Assembly (NCBI RefSeq): GCF_003918875.1
Contig: NW_025764992.1
Span: forward strand, 434,001-498,000
DNA: 64,000 nt
Direction of reading: 5' to 3'
Source of the DNA: Haliotis rubra
Lineage: Eukaryota
In this document: in pieces, positions 25,090 through 36,070 of the stretch
Layout: each line of letters begins with the position of its first letter
How positions within the stretch are numbered: position 1 is the first letter of the stretch
Notes under the pieces: model-generated
Databases searched by the model: none
What the model was told of the DNA's origin: nothing
What the model saw: the letters and a program-made list of their open reading frames with translations, nothing else
Program-made: the position numbers and the translations under genes

Positions 25090-25406
25090 ATGCTAACTCT
25101 GCTGATGGTCTCCCTGCCTGTTGTGGTCGTCGGCTTCAACCTCACCATCCTCCACACCAACGACATCCACGCAAGATTCGAGCAGACCAACACAGACAGT
25201 GATCAGTGTTCGGCCGACGATGTGGCAGAAGGGAAATGTTTCGGGGGACAGCGCGACTGGTGACCAAAGTCCGAGAACAGCGTGCCCTCCACCCCAACAC
25301 CATCCTCCTGTCTGCAGGGGACGAGTTCTCGGGGACGTTGTGGTTCTACAAGTACCGCGGTGCTGTTGTGGCCAGATTCATGAATCTGTTGCAGTATGAC
25401 GTCATG
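25090..25406 (+). CDS. NT5E: Gene 2 exon 1 (317 nt, 1-bp deletion at ~25243-25247)
   Basis: MLTLLMVSLPVVVVGFNLTILHTNDIH..., then frame change to GTARLVTK...SAGDEFSGT...YDVM; GTGAG donor. Confidence 0.88.
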
Positions 25407-28400
25407 GTGAGTATATGAACATGTTGCAGTATGATGTCATGGTGAGTGCATATAGTTTTTAACCTGTGCGGGATATATTGGGGATATATATGTCAGTAAA
25501 TATTGTGTGATGGCCATTGGCGTGAGGGTAAATGACGTGTACTATACTGCTTGTTGAGAGCATATGTAGAGGATATTATGTGAGTGTCCATGTCATACTA
25601 TGTTTACGACACGAGTGCCTAAATATTGGTATTTCCCGAGCAAGAGCGAGGGATATTCCGATATTTAGGCAGGAGTGTCGTAAACATGGTACGATATGGA
25701 CACGAATATAATATTCTGTTTATTACCGAAGTTGTCAATTTGATGAAAATAAACCCAAATCTACTTTCAAACAGGCTGGCTACCGCATGTTGAACGCAAC
25801 GTCATAGAAGAAACATGACGTCATAGCATTGTTCATGACGTCACGTCAGCATTCCAAAGTGATATTTTGCCCTAGGGTATCGTATGAAAAATATGAATCC
25901 CGATATTTTCGCCCTTGTAGGTAATAAATTGTATTAAGTACAGCTTCTGTATGTGTAAATATCATATATTGTCTGTTGGCGGATTAATATAAGGCGATAA
26001 ACTGCCTGTTGGTTTTATGTCGTATCTTAAAACGGTTTAATTTTGTTTGGTATACAACAACAAGTAGTAACACGCTGAATCGATGGCACCTGACATTGGA
26101 CTCGTTGGCATTCTTTCCGATACACAAAAACCTGACAGACACAATGAGTTTTCCTACTACATATATTCATCACCAATGTGAATAGACTGACAATGATTAT
26201 GTTATAACCCTCATCACGCTGTACTCGTAACATATAAACCAGATCAAGACATTTTGTACATGCTTGGAAAACCAGCTTCAGCGTATTAAAATGGTAACTA
26301 ACATATTTTGCTCTAATCAAAACAAACCCAGAATTGAAACTGAAATTTGGAAACTGTTTACATGCAAGAAAACACAAAAACGCGAATGTCAACAATTCCA
26401 GAAAGTATGGTCACCATGACTACTCTACCAGTCTGATTGTCACACAGTTCTCTAGTAATCATTGCAGTGATTGTATGAACCGCCACTGGCGACCACATCA
26501 GTACTTGGTGTGGCCACCGCTTTCACGAATCAGTCTTTGCGCCCCAAATAGTCGCAATGATGTTTCATGGGGTTCACATGATTGGAGTTGTTCTACAACT
26601 GGGTGATGACGGCTCGAGGACGATGAGTTCTAGCGCTGTCATCCATGGCAAGGGGACGGTTATCAAAATGTGGCACTACGATGGCATCCAGAACTTCCTG
26701 TTGATAACATTCAACATTGGGTGTCCCAGGTTCTGTAATAGAATCCAGCTTGCAGTCATACGAAAAGCAACTCCAAACCAAAAGGTTTCAGCTGCATGGA
26801 TCATCTCCTGGTGACACGTCCCGATAAGACAGCTGTCGGAAAGAAGATGAAGATAGCGACTTTCAGTAGACCAATGAACCCTATGCCATGTCCTAAAGTG
26901 TGCGGTTTTCTCGAAGCTTCCACCAGGTCGGACGTTCCTACCTGAGCCTATCTGTGAGGAAGGGGCGTCTGATTGGATCTGACCGGTATCATCTATCGTA
27001 TTGTGCCTGCTTCGAAAATATTCCTTGCCCTCAGTGCGTATTGTGTGAGTGAGTGAGTGTATTTTGTTTTACGCCGCTTTTAGCAATATTCCAGCAAGAT
27101 CACGGCAGGGGACACCAGAAATGGGCTTCACACATTGTACGCATATGGGGAATCGAACCCGGGTCTTTGGCGTGACAAACGAACGCTTTAACCACTAGGC
27201 TACCCCACCGCCCCCTGTTACCATGTACTCCGTATCTCAAGACCTGTTGCATGCCTGACATTAGTACAACTTTGTTGCCCACAGCGTCTGTTACTTGGCT
27301 TAGCATTATCTCTGCGGTACACAACACCCTATCACAGAATCTGAAGCCCAAACAGTTAGAATATTGTCAAATACATAGAACACATTTCCTTAATTATCGA
27401 CAACGTGATTTTTCCAAGAAAATCGCCATCTCGGAGGAAGTTAGACGTGTAGACGTAGATATGCTGCTATAGTCATTGTTTTTCACTCTCCCCATTCTAG
27501 ACGCTGGGTAATCACGAGTTTGATCTTGGTATCGACGGGTTGATACCTTTCATGAACGACCTCAACTTCACCGTGGTCAGCGCTAACATTAACGTTTCTG
27601 CGGAACCAAGGATGAATGACAAGCTGATGAAACACACGGTGTTGACTGTCGGGGGTGAACGTATCGGGGTCATCGGGTACACATCCAGAGAAACTCCAGA
27701 AACCTCGCGACCAGGTCAGTGCTCCTGAAAGTAAGTTAGACACACAGCATCCTGTGAAAATATTCGGCCGGCCAAGAGTTACAATTTCAGCAGTTCCGTT
27801 CAGTCAGGGGCGTAGCTAACATTATAAAAAAAACAGCCCGGGCTGACACATGATTGTTGCTAAAAAGGTTGGGCAAGCCCTCAATACTATATATCTAAAT
27901 ATAAAGCTTTGCAACCTATCGGGCTTACACGAGAAAAATGGCCGCCTACGCGTCTGTCAGTCAACACATATAGTAGGAGATTTATCGATTATCTCATATG
28001 AATAATTATTGCTTCCAGGTCCAAACCTCAAATTTGAAGATGAAGTTGCAGCAGTCCAGAAAGAAGTTGATGTATTGACGTCACAGGGCATCAACAAGAT
28101 AATTGCCCTCGGTCACTCGGGCTTTAATGTTGACCAGATAATAGCATCAGAGGTCACTGATGTGGATGTGGTGGTCGGTGGTCACACCAACACTTTCCTC
28201 TACACGGGTGAGGGCGCACACGATTACGCGCGCCACAACACCCATGCACGTCCACGCCCACGTCCACGCCCCACGTCCACGCCCACGTCCATGCAACGCC
28301 AACGTCCTTGCACTTCCACAGTGTGTGGAGCCCATTTCAGCTGTCCCCTGTCGTGATGTTGCTGAAATATTGCTAAAAGTGACTAAACTAAACTCACTCA

Positions 28401-31400
28401 CTCACTCCATGTCCTTACAAACGTCATTAAATGAATAACACATTCACTCAGGTAAACATTATATAAGAACTTACGTCTATACTTTTGTTCGAAAAGTTCA
28501 AAATGTTTCCCGCCTATAACAATGCACTTCAAGTCAAACCTACTAGTAGTGGACTGCCATTACGCAGGTGACTACCCGTCCAGTGAGGAACCGGAAGGCA
28601 AGTTTCCCCACGTGGTGACCCAGTCGGGAGGGGCCAAGGTGCTCGTGGTGCAGGGCTACGCCTACGGGAAGTATCTTGGAGCCCTCGAAGTGACCTTTGA
28701 CCCGGAAGGTGTCATCACGTCATGGGGAGGCAACCCAATTCTACTGGACAACAACACAGCACAAGGTCAGTGACATAACAAGACAAATCAGTATCCTATA
28801 CCGAAAGGGTTCAGGAAAGTGGGACATTTCGAGGCATTTCTTTTGATCCATGTAGTATTGGCGAGAGGACATTATTTGATGATATCATCATGTGAGGAGA
28901 TCCAATAGTTGGTGTGATGAAGTGTTGGCGCACCACACCGTTGAAAGAGGTCGGGGACAATTTCCTCAGTTTCGTTTTTGAGATAAAGTCAGTAGAATCA
29001 GGTAAACCCACCTCTTTTGGCGAAACGTATACGAATTCGTCGAGGCATGGGTCTGGTTCGACCAACGTCATCTTCGCACATGTTGCTCCACTCCTCAGTG
29101 AGAGCGGCACCGAGTTCATTGAGAGGAGTGGGTGGACTTTGGCGAGTAAATGACTCGTAAGACGTGTTCACAAAAGATGAAACGTTGCCAGTGAGTTGTG
29201 TTAAGAACACAAGTGGTTGACATGATGTTGTCCCCATAGTCATGACCTGTCGCTTTGCCATGGGAAATATAGAGTTCAGTTCGGCCAGTCATTGTGACGT
29301 CACCTTATGCCATCATGGACTCATCCCCAAAAGGATCAGTGCAGAATACGATTCAGAAACGAACGGAGATTCTAAACCGTACACGTTATCATCGGCTTCA
29401 GAAATATTTTGCATTCGTATGTGGAGAGGTAAATTCCATGCCGCTAGACCATTTTCAAAACGTTTCTCAACATTTCAGAGATACGACACGCAATCGCACG
29501 CATGCTATATTAAAACTTTGTTTTTTCTTTTCTCGCTCGTCACGCCGAAGACCCGGTTTCGATTCCCCACATGGGTACTATGTGTGAGGCCAATTTCTGG
29601 TGTCCCACGCCGTGATATTGCTGGAATATTGATAATAGCGGCGTAAAACTAAACTCACTCACTCACTAAAACTTTCTTTTCACTCTGTATGCCTGCCTGT
29701 AACGACCAACAAATCATTTCAGACGAGATGACCCTACAGCTGATGCAGCCGTACAAAGAGGGCGTGGCCAACGAGTCAGGCAAGGTGGTGTCCAGAAGCC
29801 ACGTGCTGCTGGACGGGGACAAGCGGTCTTGCAGGGTCAAGGAGTGTAATATTGGTAGGTTAAAAACTAGATAAGATTACATAATGTGTCACTGATAGTA
29901 GCCTTTTTGTATTCATTGTTTGCCAGAGAAAAATGATGACTCACTATTACTACATAGACCCGTGAAGATATCGGTTTACAATTGGTCTTCAGTAATCCAT
30001 GCTTGTCGTAAGGGGCGACTAACGGGATTGGGTAGTCAGCCTCGCAGACTTGGTTGACACATGTCATTGTATCCCAGTTGTGCAGATCGATGCTAATGCT
30101 GTTGATCCCTAGATTGTCTGGTCCAGACTCAAGTATCACCGCCACCATAAAGCTGGAATACTGCTTAGTGCGGCGTTAAGCAACAACCAACCGACCAATT
30201 ATTACTTCATATCTGTCATCAAAGCTGCTAAGCTGGGATCAGCTCTCCGCGGATAGTTAAAGGAGAGGAGTCCAGCTTACACACAGCACCGTCTGCAACA
30301 TGCAAAGGGTTCAATTGCCTGTTTCTTCATTCCTCAAGTCAACCTAAGTCCTTACCCACACCACTGCTCTATAACCCTAACAGGCGCTTTCTTGATGCAG
30401 CAAATCATACGTTGCTACACTTTGATGCAGCAGTTCATACGTTGCTACACCTTTATGCAGCAGTTTATACGTTGCTACACCTTGATGCAGCTATTCATAC
30501 GATGCTACACCTTGATGCAGCAATTCATACGTTGCTACACCTTAATGCAGCAATTCATACGTTGCTACACCTTAATGCAGCAATTCATACGTTTCTACAC
30601 CCTGATGCAGCAGTTCATAGGTTGCTACACCTTAATGCAGCAATTCATACGTTGCTACACATTGATGCAGCAATTCATACGTTGCTACACCCATACGTGC
30701 TACACCTTGCAGCAATTCATACGTTGCTACATTGATGCAGCAATTCATACGTTGCTACATTGATGCGCAGCAATTCATACGTTGCTACACCTTAATGCAA
30801 CTATTCATACGTGCTACATCTTGATGCAGCAATTCATACGTTGCTGCACCTTGATGCATCAATGCATACGTTGCTACACGGAGCATCTTTAGAATACAGC
30901 ACCACAACTTCTCATGAGGACCCGCAACCCGCGACGTTGCCACACCTTGATGCAGCAATTCATACGTTGCTACACCTTAATGCAGCAATTCATACGTTGC
31001 TACTTAATGCAGCAATTCATACGTTTCTACACCCTGATGCAGCAATTCATACGTTGCTACACCTTAATGCAGCAATTCATACGTTGCTACACCTTAATGC
31101 AGCAATTCATACGTTTCTACACCCTGATGCAGCAATTCATACGTTGCTACACCTTAATGCAGCAATTCATACGTTTCTACACCCTGATGCAGCAATTCAT
31201 ACGTTGCTACACCTTAATGCAGCAATTCATACGTTGCTACACCTTAATGCAGCAATTCATACGTTTCTACACCCTGATGCAGCAATTCATACGTTGCTAC
31301 ACATTGATGCAGCAATTCATACGTGCTACATCTTGATGCAACAATTCATACGTGCTACATCTTGATGCAGCAATTCATACGTTGCTGCACCTTGATGCAT

Positions 31401-34400
31401 CAATGCATACGTTGCTACACGGAGCATCTTAAGAATACAGCACCACAACTTCTCATGAGGACCCGCAACCCGCGACGTTGCCACACCTTGATGCAGCAAT
31501 TCATACGTTGCTACACCTTAATGCAGCAATTCATACGTTGCTACACCTTTAATGCAGGAATTCATACTGTCTGCATGCAGCAATTCATACGTTGCTACAC
31601 CTTAATGCAGCAATTCATACGTTGCTACACCTTAATGCAGCAATTCATACGTTGCTACACCCTTAATGCAGCAATTCATACGTTGCTACACCTTAATGCA
31701 GCAATTCATACGTTTCTACACCCTGATGCAGCAATTCATACGTTTCTACACCTTAATGCAGCAATTCATACGTTGCTACACATTGATGCAGCAGTTCATA
31801 CGCTGCTTCACCTTGATGCAGCAATTCATACGTGCTACATCTTGATGCAGCAATTCATACGTTGCTGTACCTTGATGCATCAATGCATACGTTGCTACAC
31901 GGAGCACCTTTAGAATACAGCACCACAACTTCTCATGAGGACCCGCAACCCGCGACGTTGCTGCTACACCTTGATGCAGCAATTCATACGTTGCTACACC
32001 TTGGTGCAGCAGTTCATACGTTGATGCACCTTGATGCAGCAGTTCATACGTTGATGCACCTTGATGCAGCAGTTCATACGTTGATGCACCTTGATGCAGC
32101 AGTTCATACGTTGCTGCACCTTGATGCAGCAGTTCATACGTTGATGCACCTTGATGCAGCAGTTCATACGTTGCTACACCTTGATGCAGCAATGCATACG
32201 TTGCTGCACCTTGGTGTAGCAGTTCATACGTTGATGCACCTTGATGCAGCAGTTCATACATTGATGCACCTTGGTGCAGCAGTTCATACGTTAATGCACC
32301 TTCATGCAGCAGTTCATACGTTGCTACTCCTTGATGCAGCAATTCATACGTTGCTCTACCTTGATGCAGCAATTCATACGTTGCTGCATCAACATTTCGG
32401 TGATGTGAGATGCTAACAATAAATCAAAATGTAAACTTACTTGTATATGTGTCCTCATTTCCTAGGTAACCTGATAGCGGATAGTATGGTGCACCGAAAC
32501 CTGAAGTTCTGCGACCCCCTGGCATGGAACCACGTGGCCATCGCTTTCATGAACGCCGGCGGCATCAGGACGTCGATTCAGAGAGGTAACGTCATGGTCT
32601 TCTGACTGGCACAGGGCGGATGCCTAGAGGTTAAAGCGTTCGCTCATCACGCCGAAGACCCGGGTTCGATTCCCCACATAGGTACAATGTGTGAAGTCCG
32701 TTTCTGGTGTCCCCGCCGTGGTATTGCTGGAATATTGCTAAAAGCGGAGTAAAACCCTAACCACTCACTCACTCACTCTGACTGACACATACAACTAACA
32801 CTATCAGACAAATGGTTTTGACAAGTGTTACGGTTGTTACTTTTTGGTGATAAATTAGAAATTATTTCCCCTTATTTTGTGTTTGATCTACAATGTAGTG
32901 TATAAGCAGGGAGACTACATAACCATAACGTTGTAGATTATCCCTGGTATAGGTGAGATTTTATCGGTGTCAACTTTTTTCTTAAAAAAACAGAATATAT
33001 GCTTACTTTTTCATCACACGAATGAACGATACTAATCAGATATTGGTAATCGACAACAGGAAGGGGTAATTCTCATTGATTGGTGGTAATAATGGTCCAC
33101 TGGAAGCCAGGATCAAAATACTACTGATGGGTAATAAACACTGACTTGTAATGGGGAAATGGAAGGCAATGAGTACTGAGCGCTGATCTGTGGTAGTAAT
33201 GAACGAATGGGAGCCAGATTAATGGTCTTGATAGATAATGGCACCGATGATAGACTACACCAGGAAAAACAACATAACACAACTATCCACATGACCATCA
33301 AAACATGTTAATATTTTTAGAGTGAGTGAGTTTAGTTTTACGCCGCTTTTAGCAATATTTCAGCAATATTTTCACACATTGTACCCATGTGCGGAATCGA
33401 ACCCGGGTCTTCGGCGTGACGAGCAATCGCTATAACCACTAGGCTACCCCACCGCCACTAATATTTTTGATATTTTTAAGGACCACATGCAGTGGAGTGT
33501 TCATATCGATCTATTGATATGTTCAGGTGACGTCACAATGGATGACATTTTGACCGTGATGCCGTTCCGGAACACCGTGGACATCGTGGAGCTACTGGGG
33601 AAACATGTCCGGGAGACGCTGGAGTTCGGGGCGTCCAAGTGGGTGGAGACTGGCAACCTGTTTGGGGGGTTCTTCCAGGTGTCAGGTGTGTTTCTTCGCG
33701 GTGACTGTGAATAAACCTTCTAAGGTAATTTTGTCGCTGTGGGGTAGCCTAGTGGTTACAGCGTTCGCTCGTCACGCCGAAGACCCGGGTTCTATTCCCC
33801 ACATGGGTACAATGTGTGAAGCACATTTTGGTGTCCCCCGCCGTGATATTGCTGTAACATTGCTAAAAGCCGCGAAAAACTTTGACCACATTACCGAGAC
33901 AGTAGCAGCTATTTTACGTAACGTAAAGCAAACCTTCCTCGTATTTACAAAACATAAGTATACCCTGTTCTGTTTTGACGTCATTAGAAAGCAACATATA
34001 ACTGCATTTTAAAGAATAGTGTAAATCTTTCTTACAAAACATTTAAGGGGATGTGTGATCAGTTCTTCAGTTCACCTCGCCAGGTATGACAATTGTGTAC
34101 GACATGACGATGCCTGTGGGTCAAAGGGTAATAGAGGTCAAGGTCAGATGCACCAACTGTTCCGTGCCCCATTACGTGGATCTGAATGACTCCGAGATAT
34201 ACAAGATCATCATGCCATCTTTCATTGCTAATGGCGGGCACGGATATGACGTCATTAACAACAACAAAATCCGACATCACCTGATTGGTAAGAATCCTTC
34301 CTGCTGATACCTGTTCTCTGTTTACAATGTGATAGTTCGTCTGTACACGATTGTACAACATCAGTGAACTGTGGTGGTTCATGAACAAATGTTAAGACCA

Positions 34401-35341
34401 TTTTTCGTGTGAACAGGTGACCGGTCCTCTAAGACCCCACAATATACAATGCAAGTTTAACTTTGATTCTGAGTTCAAATCCCTGCTTGCCCCTTTTGTC
34501 AGGTTTGTCAGCACCGAACCTTCCCAAAACTTCTCACACTATATCACTCTGACCCGTGCAAACTGACATATGTCATCGGTTCCCAATTGCGAAGATCGAT
34601 GCTCATGCTGTTGATCACTATATTGTCTGGTCCAGGCTCCATTATTTACAGACCGCCGCCATATAGCTGGAATATTGCTGTCTGCAGCGTAAAACTAAAC
34701 TCACTCACTCACTCACTACATAAGTTCTGGCTTTCTTCCCACAGGCCCTCATGTCTTTGCGAAGATTAAAGATTTAAAAAATATTTTTTGAGATGAACCC
34801 CGACTCGAAATGCTACACAGTACAATACATTATGATGTGTACTGTGAAGCATTTCGAGTCGGGGGTCATCTCAAATTGTATATATTTTTCTTAACATCTT
34901 TAATCCTCGCAAAGACACGAGGGCCTGTGTTTCCTCCATCGTTAACGAGACACGTCAAAGCATAACATGAATACTGTTGAAGGCAACCCAACTCCCTGTC
35001 TAAAAGGTTTTTCTTAGCACTGCTGATTTCGTGATTTCTTGATTACCATGTATTTAATTAACATGTTTCTGACATTTGTTGCAGGGGATGTGGACAGCGA
35101 CATCTTCCTTGAGTACGCCAAAGCCTTCTCACCCATCACGGCAGGTCTAGAGGGTCGCATCACACATCGGAAGGTGCCAACGTGCCCCTGTCATCTCAGC
35201 CCATTCTCCCCACAGCTCCTCACACCGACAGTTGCTGTCATAGTTGTAGCTTGTTTCTACTCATGTCACAGACTTTGCGTAGTGATGAAAATTGTTTCCA
35301 GATCGACTGGAATGTTTTCGTCCTATTTTGAATGTGTTTGA
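25090..35341 (+). CDS. NT5E: Gene 2: ecto-5'-nucleotidase (CD73-like), 9 exons; -1 frameshift in exon 1 as assembled
   Basis: Exons 25090-25406, 27501-27714, 28019-28207, 28568-28765, 29723-29854, 32466-32585, 33527-33685, 34084-34287, 35085-35341. Full metallophosphatase domain plus 5'-nucleotidase C-terminal domain motifs. Confidence 0.9.
25575..25930. mobile_element. Non-autonomous DNA element with long terminal palindrome, gene 2 intron 1
   Basis: Imperfect ~135-bp hairpin centred on CCCGAGCAAGAGCGAGGG; TTTATTACC...GGTAATAAA inverted pair. Confidence 0.55.
26400..27040 (-). mobile_element. Degraded Tc1-like relic
   Basis: MVWSCFSY...YQQEVL...VVPHF...MDDSARTHR; ends GGHTKY*. Confidence 0.7.
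27045..27214 (-). mobile_element. SINE family A
   Basis: Full head, body and tail. Confidence 0.88.
27501..27714 (+). CDS. NT5E: Gene 2 exon 2 (214 nt)
   Basis: TLGNHEFDLG...GVIGYTSRETPETSRP. Confidence 0.92.
28019..28207 (+). CDS. NT5E: Gene 2 exon 3 (189 nt)
   Basis: PNLKFEDEV...ALGHSGF...GGHTNTFLYT. Confidence 0.92.
28568..28765 (+). CDS. NT5E: Gene 2 exon 4 (198 nt)
   Basis: DYPSSEEPEGKFP...VVQGYAYGKYLG...GNPILLD. Confidence 0.92.
28940..29420 (-). mobile_element. Degraded, internally deleted Tc1-like relic
   Basis: TGRTELYI...; PPTPLNELGAALTEEW...MPRRI...KRGGFT. Confidence 0.6.
29533..29667 (+). mobile_element. SINE family A (5'-truncated)
   Basis: CGCTCGTCACGCCGAAGACCCGG...(CACT)n. 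Confidence 0.85.
29723..29854 (+). CDS. NT5E: Gene 2 exon 5 (132 nt)
   Basis: EMTLQLMQPYK...LDGDKRSCRVKECNI. Confidence 0.9.
29957..30199 (+). mobile_element. SINE-like family B, full length with TSD
   Basis: Starts GACCCGTGAAG; flanks TATTACTACATA / TATTACTTCATA. Confidence 0.88.
30390..32390. repeat. 30-bp minisatellite with higher-order structure, gene 2 intron 5
   Basis: Unit CTTRATGCAGCAATTCATACGTTGCTACAC; a ~60-bp non-unit block recurs at ~30880, 31420 and 31900. Confidence 0.95.
32466..32585 (+). CDS. NT5E: Gene 2 exon 6 (120 nt)
   Basis: NLIADSMV...AFMNAGGIRTSIQR (hand-translated; not in ORF track). Confidence 0.9.
32613..32775 (+). mobile_element. SINE family A with TSD
   Basis: TSD TCTGACTG(G/A)CACA. 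Confidence 0.9.
33320..33458 (-). mobile_element. SINE family A (internal deletion)
   Basis: TAATATTTTT flanks; A/B boxes. Confidence 0.85.
33527..33685 (+). CDS. NT5E: Gene 2 exon 7 (159 nt)
   Basis: DVTMDDILTVMPFRNT...GGFFQVS. Confidence 0.92.
33739..33878 (+). mobile_element. SINE family A
   Basis: GTGGGGTAGCCTAGTGG...GGGTTCTATTCCCC. Confidence 0.85.
34084..34287 (+). CDS. NT5E: Gene 2 exon 8 (204 nt)
   Basis: VYDMTMPVGQRV...CTNCSVP...PSFIANGGHGY. Confidence 0.92.
34550..34716 (+). mobile_element. SINE-like family B (internally deleted)
   Basis: Starts GACCCGTG, then jumps to CATGTCATCGG...(CACT)n. Confidence 0.75.
34740..34929. mobile_element. ~190-bp foldback element (MITE)
   Basis: CACAGGCCCTC...GAGGGCCTGTG; nearly the whole element is an inverted repeat. 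Confidence 0.8.
35085..35341 (+). CDS. NT5E: Gene 2 exon 9 (terminal)
   Basis: DVDSDIFLEYAKAFSPITAGLEGRI plus hydrophobic tail, then stop. Confidence 0.88.
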
Positions 35342-35669
35342 CCACCGCCAACTGGATAGTGTTACGTGATATATGTGACTATCACTGGATGTGACTGAAT
35401 CGTGTGCACTGAAGCTGTGTGACCAAAACCAGATGTGACCATATAGTGTTGTATTCTTTAATACAAATTGTGTCAGTGGCGAGATATTGCTTACCCTTTC
35501 AGTGATCCATTCATGTACTATCCACTCTGTTTTTCCTTTAAGCCAAGTGGAATCGGTGAATACGCGGACAGGGTAATATCTGGCGCTGACGTAATCGAAG
35601 TTATCGATATGTTGCCGCATGATGTTGATTAACAGGTCTTATCATCATGAGATGTTACTGGATTCTGAA

Positions 35670-36070
35670 CAGGGAAAATGTGTCACCCTCTCGAAATGTG
35701 ATGGGAAAGTATGTTACCCTCTACTTCTGTGACTGGATAGTGTGGGGTGAAAGTGTGTTGCCCTGTAGAGGAGTGACGGGAAAGTGTGTAGCCCCTAGAG
35801 GTGTGACTGGATAGTGTAGGGGATAGTGTGTTACCCGCTATGGGTGTGACTGGAACGTCTGTTACCCTCTAGAGGTTTGAGTGTGACTGCTGGATAGCGT
35901 AGAGGGATAGTGTGCTGCCCTCTCGAGGTATGACTGGATAGCGTAGAGGGATAGTGTGTTGCCCTTTCGAGGTGTGACTGGATAGTGTAGGGGAAAAGTG
36001 TGTTACCCTCTCGAGGTGTGACTCTGTGTGTGTTTGGGGGGTGGGGGGTTAGTGTGTAGGGAAAGTGTGA
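35670..36070. repeat. Degenerate ~40-bp tandem repeat downstream of the gene 2 stop
   Basis: GTGTGTTACCCTCTCGAGGTGTGACTGGATAGTGTAG units. Confidence 0.75.

Noticed and set aside
27805-27956. Possible hAT MITE (CAGGGGCGTAG...CTACGCGTCTG)
   Set aside because: Termini are suggestive but no convincing 8-bp TSD.
30392-32416. His/Leu-rich repeat ORFs; CRISPR-like appearance of units with interspersed blocks
   Set aside because: Contiguous 30-bp units with three identical inserts, not unique spacers; no cas genes; eukaryotic intron.
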